From assembly GCA_964270895.1 (NCBI GenBank), contig OZ185438.1: a stretch of DNA of 64,000 nt; one strand, given 5' to 3'. This stretch comes from Podarcis filfolensis (lineage: Eukaryota). Positions 63,636 through 64,000 of this stretch are shown here, one piece after another (position 1 is the first letter of the stretch; the number at the start of each line of letters is the position of its first letter). A program made the translations under genes and the position numbers. The notes below the pieces were generated by a model that did not search any database, was not told the origin of the DNA, and worked only from the letters and a program-made list of their open reading frames with translations.

Positions 63636-64000
63636 AATTATCTGTTCTTGGACTTTTCCTGGCATCAACTTCAAACTGACAAGTTGGTGGTTAACAGGGT
63701 CTTCTTTCCCCCCTCTTTTCTGAAGATGGGACTCACCTCTTCTCCAAGAATTCTCAAAGATCATAGACAACAACTCTGAGATTGTATCCACAAACTCCTT
63801 TAGTACCCTTGGGTGCAGCTCATCAGTCTGTGGAAATTTGAATTCATTTAAAGTAAATGTTTCCCAACCACTTCTTTTCCTATCATGGGCTGCAGCTACT
63901 TCCTTGCATCCTTTATTCTGCTTTCACCAGGTTAAGCCCTGCTTTCCTTTTGGGTGAAGACAGAGGCAAAGTAGGTGTTGAGCAGTACTTCCTTCTCTCT
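63636..64000 (-). pseudogene. CR1 ORF2 fragment (region preceding the RT core)
   Basis: Minus translation EVLLNTYFASVFTQK...IGKEVV...PIFRK, frameshifted; runs off the window end. Confidence 0.75.

Noticed and set aside
1-64000. Most 60-180 aa ORFs in the six-frame track
   Set aside because: No recognisable motifs; many overlap on opposite strands, cross microsatellites or are antisense to TE ORFs.

Overview
Eukaryotic, non-operonic DNA. The SINE and LINE repertoire points to a squamate reptile, most likely a lacertid lizard: Sauria/POM-type SINEs, a Squam-type tRNA SINE, CR1, L2, L1 and RTE LINEs, and hAT and Tc1/pogo MITEs. The window is transposon-rich intronic or intergenic sequence. I cannot name any host gene; there are only unassigned exon-like segments on both strands. 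No rRNA, functional tRNA or CRISPR array was seen, and most ORFs in the track are noise or TE remnants. The main finding is a Ngaro-type tyrosine-recombinase (YR) retrotransposon family present four times. One 5'-truncated coding copy (about 48060-49739, +) has an open YR ORF retaining the R, K, HxxR, W and Y catalytic positions, followed by an SGNH-hydrolase ORF with one stop. Three non-coding relics (45318-46002, 53608-54417, about 2440-3090) look like solo-repeat products. Where ends can be read they show att-like inverted termini (GCGTGTT...AACACGC) without target-site duplications, and the copies share stem-loops whose sequence changes while pairing is kept. Also notable: SINEs with three different tRNA heads (Ile, Lys, Asn) on one CR1 tail; a young Mag-like Gypsy element with intact gag-protease but deleted RT/IN; internally deleted L1 derivatives with 17-bp TSDs; and several nested insertions. 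Family assignments come from motif recognition and were not confirmed by database search.
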